DNA from: Curtobacterium phage Pippin15
Sequence record: PQ868951.1
Length of the DNA stretch: 24,000 nt
Direction: 5' to 3' (one strand)
The position numbers and the translations under genes are program-made. Positions 8,501 through 15,734 of this stretch are shown here, piece after piece. How positions within the stretch are numbered: position 1 is the first letter of the stretch; the number at the start of each line of letters is the position of its first letter. The notes beneath the pieces are model-generated. The model did no database searches. It was not told the DNA's origin and saw only the letters and a program-made list of their open reading frames with translations.

Positions 8501-9364
8501 GACTACGACGCGGCCGGCAAGATGTTCGGTGGCAAGCTGAAGCCGTTCCTGAAGAACAAGGACCAAGCTGAGGCCCTGTCCACGGCTCTCAAGATCGCGA
8601 TCAACATCGTCTACGGCATGACGTCCGCCGGGTTCCCGAACGCGTTCAAGGACCCGCGCAACAAGGACAACATCGTCGCCAAGCGTGGGGCCCTCTTCAT
8701 GATGGACCTCAAGGCTGCCGTCGAGGAGCTGGGTTACCAGGTCGTGCACATCAAGACGGACTCGATCAAGATCCCGGGCGCCACCAAGGAGGTTTGGGAC
8801 TTCGTCTACGAGTTCGGGCTCAAGTACGGCTACACCTTCGAGCACGAGGCTACCTACGAGAAGATGGCGCTGGTCAACGACGCCGTCTATATCGCCAAGG
8901 TGGGCTGGGCAGCAAAGGAGAAGTACATCGGGAAGTGGACGGCTACGGGCGCTCAGTTCCAGCAGCCGTACGTCTTCAAGACGCTGTTCAGCAAGGAGCC
9001 GATCGAGTTCAAGGACCTGTGCCTCACCAAGTCGGTCACGAGCAAGATGTACCTCGACTTCACGGAAGGGTACGCCTCGGAGGCCGGCATCGAGAAGTCG
9101 CTCACGTTCATCGGTAAGGTCGGCGTCTTCGTCCCCGTCAAGGAGGACGCAGGTGGCGGTCTCCTGGTGCGTGAGGGTACTGGTGACAGGGCTGACACGT
9201 TCAGTGCGGTCACCGGGACCAAGGACTACCGCTTCCAGGAGGCGTCGGTCATCAAGGCGAACGGTGATGAGGACAAGATCGACATGAGCTACTACCGCCG
9301 GCTCGTGGACGAGGCAGTCGAGAACATCAGCAAGTACGGTGACTTCGAATGGTTCGTCTCGTGA
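5546..9364 (+). CDS. Replication protein: SF3/D5-type helicase + AEP primase-like segment + family B DNA polymerase
   Basis: 1272 aa, RBS AAGGAAAGGAGG. Walker A GPPGTGKSTI and SF3-like VAIEHDGD...FLLVGTNKS...GILRRLIDINP; primase-like IVIDFDLKDENG...YSKSGGGIHLHY; Exo motifs IFDVEVYPN, GFNNRRYDNHIL, YCDNDVNAT; Pol A DVQSMHPNSI, B KIAINIVYG, C HIKTDSIKI. Confidence 0.93.
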   Translation: MSLDFLQIRERDAKKGKDDAGSGLVVYPDFKVGRITDLMIRAHSFLAIWHEALGLWSTDEYDVATLVDRELWAYRNQRAEETGLPVRVELMEDFSSGAWTNFQRYLKNVSDNVHPLDENLVFANTEIKKSDYASKRLPYSLEEGDISAWDEIVSTLYAPEEREKIEWIIGAIISGDSKHIHKMGVFYGPPGTGKSTIISIIQHDLFPGYINTFEAKTLTGNNNAFASEVFKSNPLVAIEHDGDLSQIKDYTKLNSIVSHEVMLINEKFKPAYEMAVSAFLLVGTNKSVLISDAMAGILRRLIDINPTGDLLPSKRYHALMSKVAFETGAIAYHCLQEYLKRGKNFYEGYRPLKMMMQTDVFFNYIEYYYDVFNSQPGVTLDAAYTMYKEFATDTELKYKMERHRFREELRNYFENFDERVVVDGTRVRNWYSGFKIDKFKSQTHVEDEAPYSLVMDESVSIFDEMMAEMPAQYEKADGSPTTYWDQVDTTLEELDTRQVHYVRVPEHHIVIDFDLKDENGNKSPELNLAAASQWPATYSEYSKSGGGIHLHYNYVGDVHDLHRIYAEDIEVKVFTGKLSLRRKLSFCNNVPVATINGGLPLKEKKKMINATQIKSEEGLRDLIGRHLRKEIMHATKPSVDMINKVLDEAYSNGLAYDVSDLRPQIIAFANGSTNQALGALKLALNMKYVGQTADISKQEDEFIPDDSRLAIFDVEVYPNLFVICWKYQGEDTIQHMINPAPHEVEQLFRLKLVGFNNRRYDNHILYAAKMGYSNEALYKLSQKIINGEAGALFGAAYNLSWIDIYEMAMTKMGLKKWEAELGLHHVEMDIPWDEPAPKELWDRIVAYCDNDVNATEAVLEHLDADYTARLILADISGLSVNSTTQQHTARIIFGDDRNPQSQFVYTDLSEMFPGYEFKRGKSTYRGEEVGEGGLVRAEPGMHSDVALYDVQSMHPNSIIALNAFGTKYTANFKELVDARVAIKHGDYDAAGKMFGGKLKPFLKNKDQAEALSTALKIAINIVYGMTSAGFPNAFKDPRNKDNIVAKRGALFMMDLKAAVEELGYQVVHIKTDSIKIPGATKEVWDFVYEFGLKYGYTFEHEATYEKMALVNDAVYIAKVGWAAKEKYIGKWTATGAQFQQPYVFKTLFSKEPIEFKDLCLTKSVTSKMYLDFTEGYASEAGIEKSLTFIGKVGVFVPVKEDAGGGLLVREGTGDRADTFSAVTGTKDYRFQEASVIKANGDEDKIDMSYYRRLVDEAVENISKYGDFEWFVS

Positions 9365-9540
9365 CCCGCCTCATCAAGTGGGGTTATTACCTTTTCCTGG
9401 CGTGGCGTTACACGCGTCGCGCTGGGAAATGGTCTGACCTCTACGCCATCAACAACGAGGTGGCAGCTCTGGACGTGTCGGATACATATCTGAACCTGTC
9501 CACGCTCTACCTCCGTCGAGCCGAGGAGCTCTACAAGTGA
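9361..9540 (+). CDS. Small protein with hydrophobic N-terminus (59 aa)
   Basis: GTGA overlap with upstream stop; VTRLIKWGYYLFLAWRYTRRAGKW... (track start 9349 also possible). Confidence 0.55.
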   Translation: MTRLIKWGYYLFLAWRYTRRAGKWSDLYAINNEVAALDVSDTYLNLSTLYLRRAEELYK

Positions 9541-9671
9541 TCATCCATTTCCTCCCGACCGGCGAAATGGTCACGTCCTGCGGTTTGTCGACTGCTGGGC
9601 GTGACTTCGTGCCGGTCTCAGACAAGAAGCGTGACGTAACCTGCCAGCAGTGCAAGGCGGTCATGAAGTGA
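9537..9671 (+). CDS. Small Cys-containing protein (44 aa)
   Basis: GTGA-coupled ORF: ...MVTSCGLSTAGRDFVPVSDKKRDVTCQQCKAVMK, CxxC near C-terminus. Confidence 0.5.
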   Translation: MIIHFLPTGEMVTSCGLSTAGRDFVPVSDKKRDVTCQQCKAVMK

Positions 9672-9696
9672 AGTACCACAACAAGGAGAAAAACCG

Positions 9697-10311
9697 ATGA
9701 ACAACGAGATCGCACGTACGACCGGCAACGCCCTCGAGGGGATCGACCAGTTCGACACGACGATGCGCCTGGGCTGGTCCGCCCGACGTCAGCCGATGAT
9801 CGAGAACGCGCGTCTCATCTGGCGCAACTTCGCCGGCGCCGAGAAGCAGTACAACCCGGCCGGCAAGCGCAACGCGACCCTCGTCCTCACGGAGGAGATC
9901 GCCGCGGAGCTGATCGACCTCGGGATGAACGTCAAGCGTCGTCCCCCGCGTGAAGAGGGTGGTGAGGACCTGCTGACGCTCGAGTTGGCGGTCAACTACT
10001 CGGAGTCCACACGTGACCCGCGGCTGATCCTGATCACGTCCCGTGGTCGGACCCAGCTCGACAAGGACACGGTGGCAGCTCTCGACTTCACCAGCTTCGT
10101 CAAGGTCGACATCGTCATCAACCCGTACCACTGGGAGGTGAACGGTAATAAGGGCGTGAAGGCATATCTCGAGCAGGGCTACTTCATCATCGAGGAGAAC
10201 GCCTTCGAACGCCGCTACGCCGCCATCCCGGACGCGAGCGGCCCGCGTGCCGACACGATCGAGACGGACCCGGACGAGATCGTCTACGACTTCGACGGGG
10301 CCGACATCTAG
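9697..10311 (+). CDS. ssDNA-binding-protein-like conserved phage protein (204 aa)
   Basis: ARLIWRNFAGAEKQYNPAGKRNATLVL...NVKRRPPREEGGEDLLTLELAVNYS...LITSRGRTQLD...DIVINPYHWEVNGNKGVKAYLEQGYFIIEE resembles a widespread phage family often annotated as ssDNA-binding; located directly after the polymerase. Confidence 0.6.
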   Translation: MNNEIARTTGNALEGIDQFDTTMRLGWSARRQPMIENARLIWRNFAGAEKQYNPAGKRNATLVLTEEIAAELIDLGMNVKRRPPREEGGEDLLTLELAVNYSESTRDPRLILITSRGRTQLDKDTVAALDFTSFVKVDIVINPYHWEVNGNKGVKAYLEQGYFIIEENAFERRYAAIPDASGPRADTIETDPDEIVYDFDGADI

Positions 10312-10327
10312 TCAGCAAGTCCATATT

Positions 10328-10357
10328 AGGGGCGGGGTCTTAACGGGCTCCGCCCCT
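10328..10357 (+). terminator. Candidate intrinsic terminator hairpin
   Basis: AGGGGCGGGGTCT-TAAC-GGGCTCCGCCCCT: 13 pairs including G-U pairs, TAAC tetraloop, followed by TCCATTTTCC. Confidence 0.7.
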
Positions 10358-10380
10358 TCCATTTTCCAAGGAGGAATCTG

Positions 10381-10659
10381 ATGAAGCAGTACGAGACCAA
10401 GCCATCCCCCGCGACGGCGCAGCAGCTCACGCTCAACAACATCGAGGAGATCGCGGACGAGATCCAGGCCCTCTCGGTCACGGTGCGGTGGTCCCGAGAT
10501 GACCGTGGGGTGCTCACGCCCACCATTTCCTTCCAGACCGCGCAGTGGCCCGACTTCGACGCGGTGCCCGGCGACTGGGTCATCGACAGCCAGGCGAAGG
10601 GTGTCTACACGCTCCCCGACGCGGCGTTCAAGGACGAGTACGCGGAGGTGTCGGCATGA
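10381..10659 (+). CDS. Hypothetical protein (92 aa)
   Basis: AAGGAGG RBS; MKQYETKPSPATAQQLTLNNIEEIADEIQAL...GDWVID.... Confidence 0.65.
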   Translation: MKQYETKPSPATAQQLTLNNIEEIADEIQALSVTVRWSRDDRGVLTPTISFQTAQWPDFDAVPGDWVIDSQAKGVYTLPDAAFKDEYAEVSA

Positions 10660-10964
10660 TCGAGGTCAAGGAGCGCGAGAGGCGTGTCAAGGCAGAGAAG
10701 CTCGAGACCTCGGCAGATGTCTACCGTCTCGCGGAGCAGCTGGAGGCGACCTACGTCGACGGGAAGACCTTCCTCAACGCAAACGGGTCTGAGACGACGT
10801 ACACCCTGGTAGGTCCTCGCTTCGGCCTTCCGGGTGTGAGCTTCGAGATGTCGTTCATGCTGGGTATGTGGTTCGTCGAAGACTCGAACGGACGCAAGTT
10901 CGTCATGACCGACCGCGACTTCAAGAAGACCTATGTCGACCTCGACGGCAAGGAGCTCAGCTGA
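10656..10964 (+). CDS. Hypothetical protein (102 aa)
   Basis: ATGA-coupled start in frame with the longer track ORF 10545..10964. Confidence 0.6.
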   Translation: MIEVKERERRVKAEKLETSADVYRLAEQLEATYVDGKTFLNANGSETTYTLVGPRFGLPGVSFEMSFMLGMWFVEDSNGRKFVMTDRDFKKTYVDLDGKELS

Positions 10965-11461
10965 TGCCCATCCACCAGACCAGCGACTACAAGAACCGGT
11001 TCATCACGGCCGACCTGCAGGACCGCCTGGACAGCCACAAGTCCGGGCCCGAGGAGCAGCAGCTCCACGCTGCTCTGAAGCAGCAGTACAAGGACATCAT
11101 CGCTCGGATCAACGAGAACATCGTCGACTCCCGCGAGAAGTCCCAGGCGCTCAGCGAGCTCGAGAGTTCCTTCATGTGGCTGGGTAAGGCCATATTCACA
11201 CCGGACCGGACGCCCAAGGTGGAAGCCTCGAAGCCGAAGGTCCCGGTCTCCGTGCTCTGGGACGGTCTGAAGGACCGCAACATCGAGGCGTGGCTCGGTC
11301 ACGAATTCGTGGGGTGGAGCAACCGCAACGTCCCCGGGCCATATCCGGACGAGATCATCCTGACCATCGTGTCCAAGGGCGAGACCGTCGAGGTGCCGAA
11401 GAACGCCACCCTCGTGCGTCTCGACACGGGTGAGGTCATCATCCTGGCGCCGGCAAGCTGA
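10964..11461 (+). CDS. Hypothetical protein (165 aa)
   Basis: TGATG-coupled start, in frame with track ORF 10868..11461. Confidence 0.6.
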   Translation: MPIHQTSDYKNRFITADLQDRLDSHKSGPEEQQLHAALKQQYKDIIARINENIVDSREKSQALSELESSFMWLGKAIFTPDRTPKVEASKPKVPVSVLWDGLKDRNIEAWLGHEFVGWSNRNVPGPYPDEIILTIVSKGETVEVPKNATLVRLDTGEVIILAPAS

Positions 11462-11904
11462 TGGAGACCACACTCTGGATCCTCGCGATCCTCATCGAGT
11501 TCGTCACCGGGTTCTTCGCCGGCCGTTATTTCAGCCTGAAGTCCAAGCTGAAGAAGGAGGCAGCCGCCGAGCAGGCCCGCAAGGAAGAGCTCTGGCGTCT
11601 CGAGCCCTACGCCTTCACCAAGAAGCCTGTCAAGATCTACGCAGCTCGCCTGATGGATATTGATGAGGAGGACGGGATCGCCCTGGCATCGCGCACGTAC
11701 GGTGATCAGGACTGGCCCGATTGGTTCCTCAAGGCGTTCAATCACGGGGATATTCAGGTCGGCAAGAAGAACAACGACCCGGTTCTCTACGTGAAGACCC
11801 TTGAAGGTGAGCACGTGATCCGCATCGGTATGTGGGTTATTTGCGGCGTGAAGGGAGAGATCTACGGATGCCAGCACGAGATCTTCGAGGAAACCTACGA
11901 GTAA
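11461..11904 (+). CDS. Membrane protein with conserved phage C-terminal domain (147 aa)
   Basis: N-terminal LWILAILIEFVTGFFAGRYF TM segment; C-terminal GMWVICGVKGEIYGCQHEIFEETYE resembles the common phage pattern GDWI.GVKGE.YPC...F..TYE. Confidence 0.7.
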   Translation: METTLWILAILIEFVTGFFAGRYFSLKSKLKKEAAAEQARKEELWRLEPYAFTKKPVKIYAARLMDIDEEDGIALASRTYGDQDWPDWFLKAFNHGDIQVGKKNNDPVLYVKTLEGEHVIRIGMWVICGVKGEIYGCQHEIFEETYE

Positions 11905-12035
11905 ACCATATCGAGCTGACCCTGGCGGATCTGATCGAGCAACGCGAGCTGGCTGACGACGCCGGCAACGAGAAGCTATATCAGTACCTCTGCGGGAAGA
12001 TCGACGAACTAGAACAAGAGGAGAATCATGGGTGA
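11868..12035 (+). CDS. Small hypothetical protein
   Basis: Frame encodes ...NHIELTLADLIEQRELADDAGNEKLYQYLCGKIDELEQEENHG; the only nearby canonical start is an ATG overlapping the previous gene, so start is uncertain. Confidence 0.4.
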   Translation: MPARDLRGNLRVNHIELTLADLIEQRELADDAGNEKLYQYLCGKIDELEQEENHG

Positions 12036-12441
12036 GATGCGAGACATCTTGCGGCGTGACGGTGTAGTCCGTGCTGTCGAGGTGACGCAGGAGAACGTGG
12101 CCCTTATCGCCAAGGACAGCGGCGGAGTCGTACTTTACGACCACCAGGAGGAGATGGCGCAGGGGGTCCGTATTCCTACGCTCTGGGGCAACGTCGAGGC
12201 AGCCATCGGCGACTACGTCATTCGGTCGAATGACACGGGGCGTTTCGAGGTGGTGTCCGCTGAGCAGTACCGGAACACATATTTCGAGACGCCGAGACCC
12301 GAACTCATCAACGCGATCAAGAACGCCCCCGACCCGGCACCCGAGTTCGAGACCGAGGAGGACCTGCAGGCGCACACGCACCGGAACCTCTTCGAGGAGC
12401 GACGCAAGAACGTCTACGGGAGATCCGCTGACAGCGACTAG
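12028..12441 (+). CDS. Hypothetical protein (137 aa)
   Basis: ATG preceded by GAGGAG; MGEMRDILRRDGVVRAVEVTQENVALIAKDSGGVVLY.... Confidence 0.6.
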   Translation: MGEMRDILRRDGVVRAVEVTQENVALIAKDSGGVVLYDHQEEMAQGVRIPTLWGNVEAAIGDYVIRSNDTGRFEVVSAEQYRNTYFETPRPELINAIKNAPDPAPEFETEEDLQAHTHRNLFEERRKNVYGRSADSD

Positions 12442-12651
12442 GCACGGTTGGCATATTCGTGACACAACGTTCACGGACGAGCCATATCCCCGTGACAACA
12501 GTCGTCGCAAGAACTGCAAGGGCCCTAAGAGGTGCGCGGAATGTCGAGCTGATATTCATGCACACTGGGGTGGCCAGCAGCAAGCACCAAAACGCAAGTC
12601 CAAGGACGTGCCAGAAGGCTACGTCGACCACTTCAAAGTAGGAGAAAACTG

Positions 12652-13011
12652 ATGTCCAGTGTCAAGCGCTATTTCCCCAAGCAGGGACTCACCCGTCACG
12701 AGCAGCCCATCAAGTCGTCGGTGATGGCGATCAAGCTCACCGAGAAGAACATCGTCTCGGCTCTCAACTGGGCCGGCAAGTTCGACGGCTTCCAGGGCGA
12801 GGTCAAGATCGACATCGACAAGAAGGGCGATGCGAGCAACCACCGCCTCAAGGTCAAGACGCCCAAGGGTCCGCGGATCGTCAAGGTCGGCGAGTACCTC
12901 GTCCGCCACTACAACTACGGCCTCGACGGGAAGCCGCTCCAGAAGAACGACAACGTCTACTTCTTCACCGTCGGCAAGGACGAGTTCCTCAAGAACTACG
13001 ACCTGGCGTAA
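12652..13011 (+). CDS. Conserved phage hypothetical protein (119 aa)
   Basis: AGGAGAAAACTGATG start; ...VKTPKGPRIVKVGEYLVRHYNY...FFTVGKDEFLKNYDLA. Confidence 0.65.
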   Translation: MSSVKRYFPKQGLTRHEQPIKSSVMAIKLTEKNIVSALNWAGKFDGFQGEVKIDIDKKGDASNHRLKVKTPKGPRIVKVGEYLVRHYNYGLDGKPLQKNDNVYFFTVGKDEFLKNYDLA

Positions 13012-13051
13012 GTCGTCTGAGCGACTCTAAATAGGGTTTAGGCTCAGAGCG

Positions 13052-13100
13052 GCCCAATCAGTCGTTATATGGTTGCGAGTTCCAAGGCGACTGATTGGGC
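13052..13100. repeat. Hairpin: 13-bp perfect inverted repeat
   Basis: GCCCAATCAGTCG (13052-13064) and CGACTGATTGGGC (13088-13100), 23-nt loop, in non-coding gap. Confidence 0.9.
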
Positions 13101-13177
13101 GTACCTTTCCCATATCCTCGGTATGCACCTGATGAGAAGTCAGGATTGAAAAGCCCCTGCCGGGATATTGGAGGACA

Positions 13178-13197
13178 GCTGCGGGAACGGTCGCAGC
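13178..13197. repeat. Short hairpin
   Basis: GCTGCG-GGAACGGT-CGCAGC, 6-bp stem. Confidence 0.7.
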
Positions 13198-13216
13198 ATG
13201 TGTGAAGTTGTCAAAC

Positions 13217-13258
13217 GGGTGTGGTCTGCGTGTTGTGAAGTTCGCGCAGGCCACACCC
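13217..13258. repeat. Strong hairpin, 16-bp stem with two G-U pairs
   Basis: GGGTGTGGTCTGCGTG (13217-13232) pairs with CGCGCAGGCCACACCC (13243-13258), loop TTGTGAAGTT. Confidence 0.85.
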
Positions 13259-13289
13259 CCTATATCTTAAGGGTCCGTGGGCACTAACT

Positions 13290-13505
13290 ATGACAGAGAT
13301 TGAGAAGCACGAGACCGAGATCAGCTTCGAAGAGCCGGGGTCATATCTGATCACCAATCAGGAGATCGAGGTAATCCCGCTCGAGAGGTTCGCTGAGTTC
13401 AGCATGCGGTTGCGGCTGCAGGCGGCTAACTACGCGATGGATCTCGACTTCGACAACCTGGATGAGGGCATCCTCATTTCCTGGAAGCCTGTAGAAGTTC
13501 CGTAG
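13290..13505 (+). CDS. Hypothetical acidic protein (71 aa)
   Basis: ATG ORF MTEIEKHETEISFEEPGSYLITNQEIEVIPLERF.... Confidence 0.55.
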   Translation: MTEIEKHETEISFEEPGSYLITNQEIEVIPLERFAEFSMRLRLQAANYAMDLDFDNLDEGILISWKPVEVP

Positions 13506-13507
13506 GC

Positions 13508-13687
13508 ATGCCACCAAGAGGCAACAAGATCAGGATCATCGAGACCGGCGAGGTCTACGAGGGGCTACGTCAGGTGGCCCAAGCAATCAATGGCGATTTT
13601 TCAACCGTAGCCGACTGTCTGCGCGGTGATCGCCTCACACACCAGGGATATTCATTCGAGTATGCCGAGGACGAAGGAGAAAACTGA
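13508..13687 (+). CDS. Stand-alone NUMOD1-like DNA-binding module (59 aa)
   Basis: MPPRGNKIRIIETGEVYEGLRQVAQAINGDFSTVADCLRGDRLTHQGYSFEYAEDEGEN; ETGEV...A...G..S.V...L.G......G..F.Y resembles homing-endonuclease-associated modules. Confidence 0.55.
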   Translation: MPPRGNKIRIIETGEVYEGLRQVAQAINGDFSTVADCLRGDRLTHQGYSFEYAEDEGEN

Positions 13688-14016
13688 TGAGCATGGAAAT
13701 GACAATCAAGGTTCCGGCCGTTCAGGTTCCGGTTCGCGCTGAGAACGAGGCAGCCAAGGACTACGAGCAGCGACTCATGGTCGTCTGTTCCTGGCTGGAC
13801 GAGATGGGTGCGGTCGGCATCGACTTCAAGCTGAAGGGTAGCCACGTCGCGGTGAACTTCATCGAGTTCTATATCCTTCCCGGGGAGGATGACTGGCTCG
13901 AAGGTGGCGAAGACGAGATCCGATTCGGCGCGGCTGAGGGTAAGTGGATCGTATTCATCACCCCTCGCACTGCTCTTGTCCTGACCCCAGAGCAGTGGGC
14001 GGCCATCAGTGTCTGA
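13687..14016 (+). CDS. Hypothetical protein (109 aa)
   Basis: TGATG-coupled ATG ORF. Confidence 0.6.
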   Translation: MSMEMTIKVPAVQVPVRAENEAAKDYEQRLMVVCSWLDEMGAVGIDFKLKGSHVAVNFIEFYILPGEDDWLEGGEDEIRFGAAEGKWIVFITPRTALVLTPEQWAAISV

Positions 14017-14389
14017 GGCTCCAGTCGTGATGGAGATCACGGTCGATGTGATGATCGAGCTCTGGAAACCCGTCAACTGTGAGCCCAAGTACGAGGTCAG
14101 CAACCTGGGCCATATCCGCAACGCCAAGTCGAAGCGGGTGCTCAAGGCACACAGGACGAGCCGGGGCAACCTGCAGCTCAAGCTATATTCCGGCGGTCGA
14201 GGCGTGAACCACTACGTCCACCGTTTGGTGGCTGAGCACTGGATGCCGGAGTTCGTGGATCACCTGCGTATCATCCATATCGACGAGGACAAGGAGAACT
14301 GCGCCGTGAGTAACCTCACCCAGGAGCGACACACCAAGTCCGCCCGATGGACAGTGCCGGAGGATGGCCGTGTGGTTCAAGAGCCGTAA
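14009..14389 (+). CDS. NUMOD4/HNH homing-endonuclease-like protein
   Basis: LWKPVNCEPKYEVSNLGHIRNAKSKRVLK...HYVHRLVAEHWMP...LRIIHIDEDKENCAVSNLTQ: NUMOD4-like N-terminus plus H...HID....N..NL pattern. Confidence 0.8.
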   Translation: MSEAPVVMEITVDVMIELWKPVNCEPKYEVSNLGHIRNAKSKRVLKAHRTSRGNLQLKLYSGGRGVNHYVHRLVAEHWMPEFVDHLRIIHIDEDKENCAVSNLTQERHTKSARWTVPEDGRVVQEP

Positions 14390-14555
14390 GACCAAGCACG
14401 TCAAGCACGAGCTATATCTGAGCTCAGCAACGCCGAAGCTGTTCATCTTCAAGTGCCGTGGATGTCCCCATATCTATGGCGTCGAACGCTGGCGTGCAGA
14501 ACAGATGTTCCGTGGCTTCTACCAGCCATATACCTACAAGCGAGAAGAGAAGTGA
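14364..14555 (+). CDS. Small hypothetical protein (63 aa)
   Basis: ATG ORF with FKCRGCPHIYGVERW, single CxxC. Confidence 0.5.
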   Translation: MAVWFKSRKTKHVKHELYLSSATPKLFIFKCRGCPHIYGVERWRAEQMFRGFYQPYTYKREEK

Positions 14556-15034
14556 TGTACGACCCCGACGACGAAACCCAGGCCCGCATTTCCCACAACC
14601 TCGATGTGCAGGAGGTCAGCAAGACCTTCAAGATCACCCTCGAGGCTGCTGACAAGCTGGTCACGCTCTACACCAACATGGGGCTCAGCCTCAACGACGT
14701 CAAGACGATGTCCCTCGAGGAGATCCAGATGCGCCACGGCGCATATCTGCTGGAGAAGTCTCAGGTCGAGGACCAGATCAAGTTCCAGCGTGAAGCTCTC
14801 GAGAAGAAGCTCGACGTGCGGCACGACGACATCGTCCAGCAGAACATGCAGGACCCCGAGCGGTGGCGACGTCTCGCAGACGACCTCAAAATCTTCGAGG
14901 AGCGTGAGGCCCGCCAGCGCAAGCAGGAGGAGATGGCCTACGTCCGTGAGGTGGCACCCGAGAACTACGCCAACCGAGCCGAGCGTCGCCGTATCCTGCG
15001 CGAGAACGCACGGAAGAACAAGGGGCGCAGCTGA
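14555..15034 (+). CDS. Coiled-coil-like hypothetical protein (159 aa)
   Basis: TGATG-coupled start; charged heptad-rich sequence EREARQRKQEEMAYVREVAPENYANRAERRRILRENARKNKGRS. Confidence 0.6.
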   Translation: MYDPDDETQARISHNLDVQEVSKTFKITLEAADKLVTLYTNMGLSLNDVKTMSLEEIQMRHGAYLLEKSQVEDQIKFQREALEKKLDVRHDDIVQQNMQDPERWRRLADDLKIFEEREARQRKQEEMAYVREVAPENYANRAERRRILRENARKNKGRS

Positions 15035-15291
15035 TGGAGTTCTGGAACTTCTTTGCTCAGGTCGTGGGATATCTCACGATCATCGTCATCGTCTTCATGG
15101 TGGTGTTTGTCCTCATCGCATCGGCTCGCGACGCATATCGCAAGTCGGATCGGTACAAGCGGAAGCGCCGGTTCAAGGAGATCGCGCAGCGTACCGAGCT
15201 CACGATGAACATGTACAAGGCCGGACTCATATCCGGCGAGGACGCAGCACACCGCATCGACCGACTCTCGAAGGGTGAGCTCGATGTGTGA
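15034..15291 (+). CDS. Small membrane protein (85 aa)
   Basis: MEFWNFFAQVVGYLTIIVIVFMVVFVLIASARDAY TM segment followed by basic region. Confidence 0.65.
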   Translation: MEFWNFFAQVVGYLTIIVIVFMVVFVLIASARDAYRKSDRYKRKRRFKEIAQRTELTMNMYKAGLISGEDAAHRIDRLSKGELDV

Positions 15292-15403
15292 GTGCGGTCA
15301 CGACGAGAAGAACCACGACATCATGGGTTGCCGGCGATGCCCGTGCAGCCAGTTCTATATCCCGAAGGAGGCGAGAGATGGGCTACAGCGCGTGGCCACT
15401 TAA
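15284..15403 (+). CDS. Small Cys-rich, zinc-ribbon-like protein (39 aa)
   Basis: MCECGHDEKNHDIMGCRRCPCSQFYIPKEARDGLQRVAT; CxCGH...CxxCxC pattern. Not in supplied ORF track because short. Confidence 0.6.
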   Translation: MCECGHDEKNHDIMGCRRCPCSQFYIPKEARDGLQRVAT

Positions 15404-15734
15404 GTACCTGCCCGTGCAACTCAAGAAGCCGGCCTTCGAGCCTGATCTGCTGTTCCCGGCGCTTGGGCTGAGTGAGCAGAAGGAGCTCGAGGACCTGCAG
15501 GTCATATTCGACAAGCACACCAAGAACATCGGGATGCAGCTGATCAGGGCCCAGGAGGTATATCTGGAGGACTGTGCCAAGAAGCTGGGGATGTCGATCG
15601 AAGAGCTGGCCAAGCACTACAAGCTCGAGAGCCGGCTGATGGACAACACGCTGGACACACCTTTGCCAGCGGCTTCGGACGAGTTCCGCATCATGTACGA
15701 ATTTCGGCTCGTGCCTAGGCGTCATGGCTATTGA
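15378..15734 (+). CDS. Hypothetical protein (118 aa)
   Basis: ATG at 15378 preceded by AAGGAGGCGAGAG; MGYSAWPLKYLPVQLKKPAFEPDLLFPALGLSEQKELEDLQ.... Confidence 0.65.
   Translation: MGYSAWPLKYLPVQLKKPAFEPDLLFPALGLSEQKELEDLQVIFDKHTKNIGMQLIRAQEVYLEDCAKKLGMSIEELAKHYKLESRLMDNTLDTPLPAASDEFRIMYEFRLVPRRHGY

Noticed and set aside
13052-13100. Considered whether the GGTTGCGAGTTCCAAGG loop marks a tRNA T-arm.
   Set aside because: The flanking stem is 13 bp, no cloverleaf, anticodon arm or CCA end can be drawn; no tRNA supported anywhere in the window.
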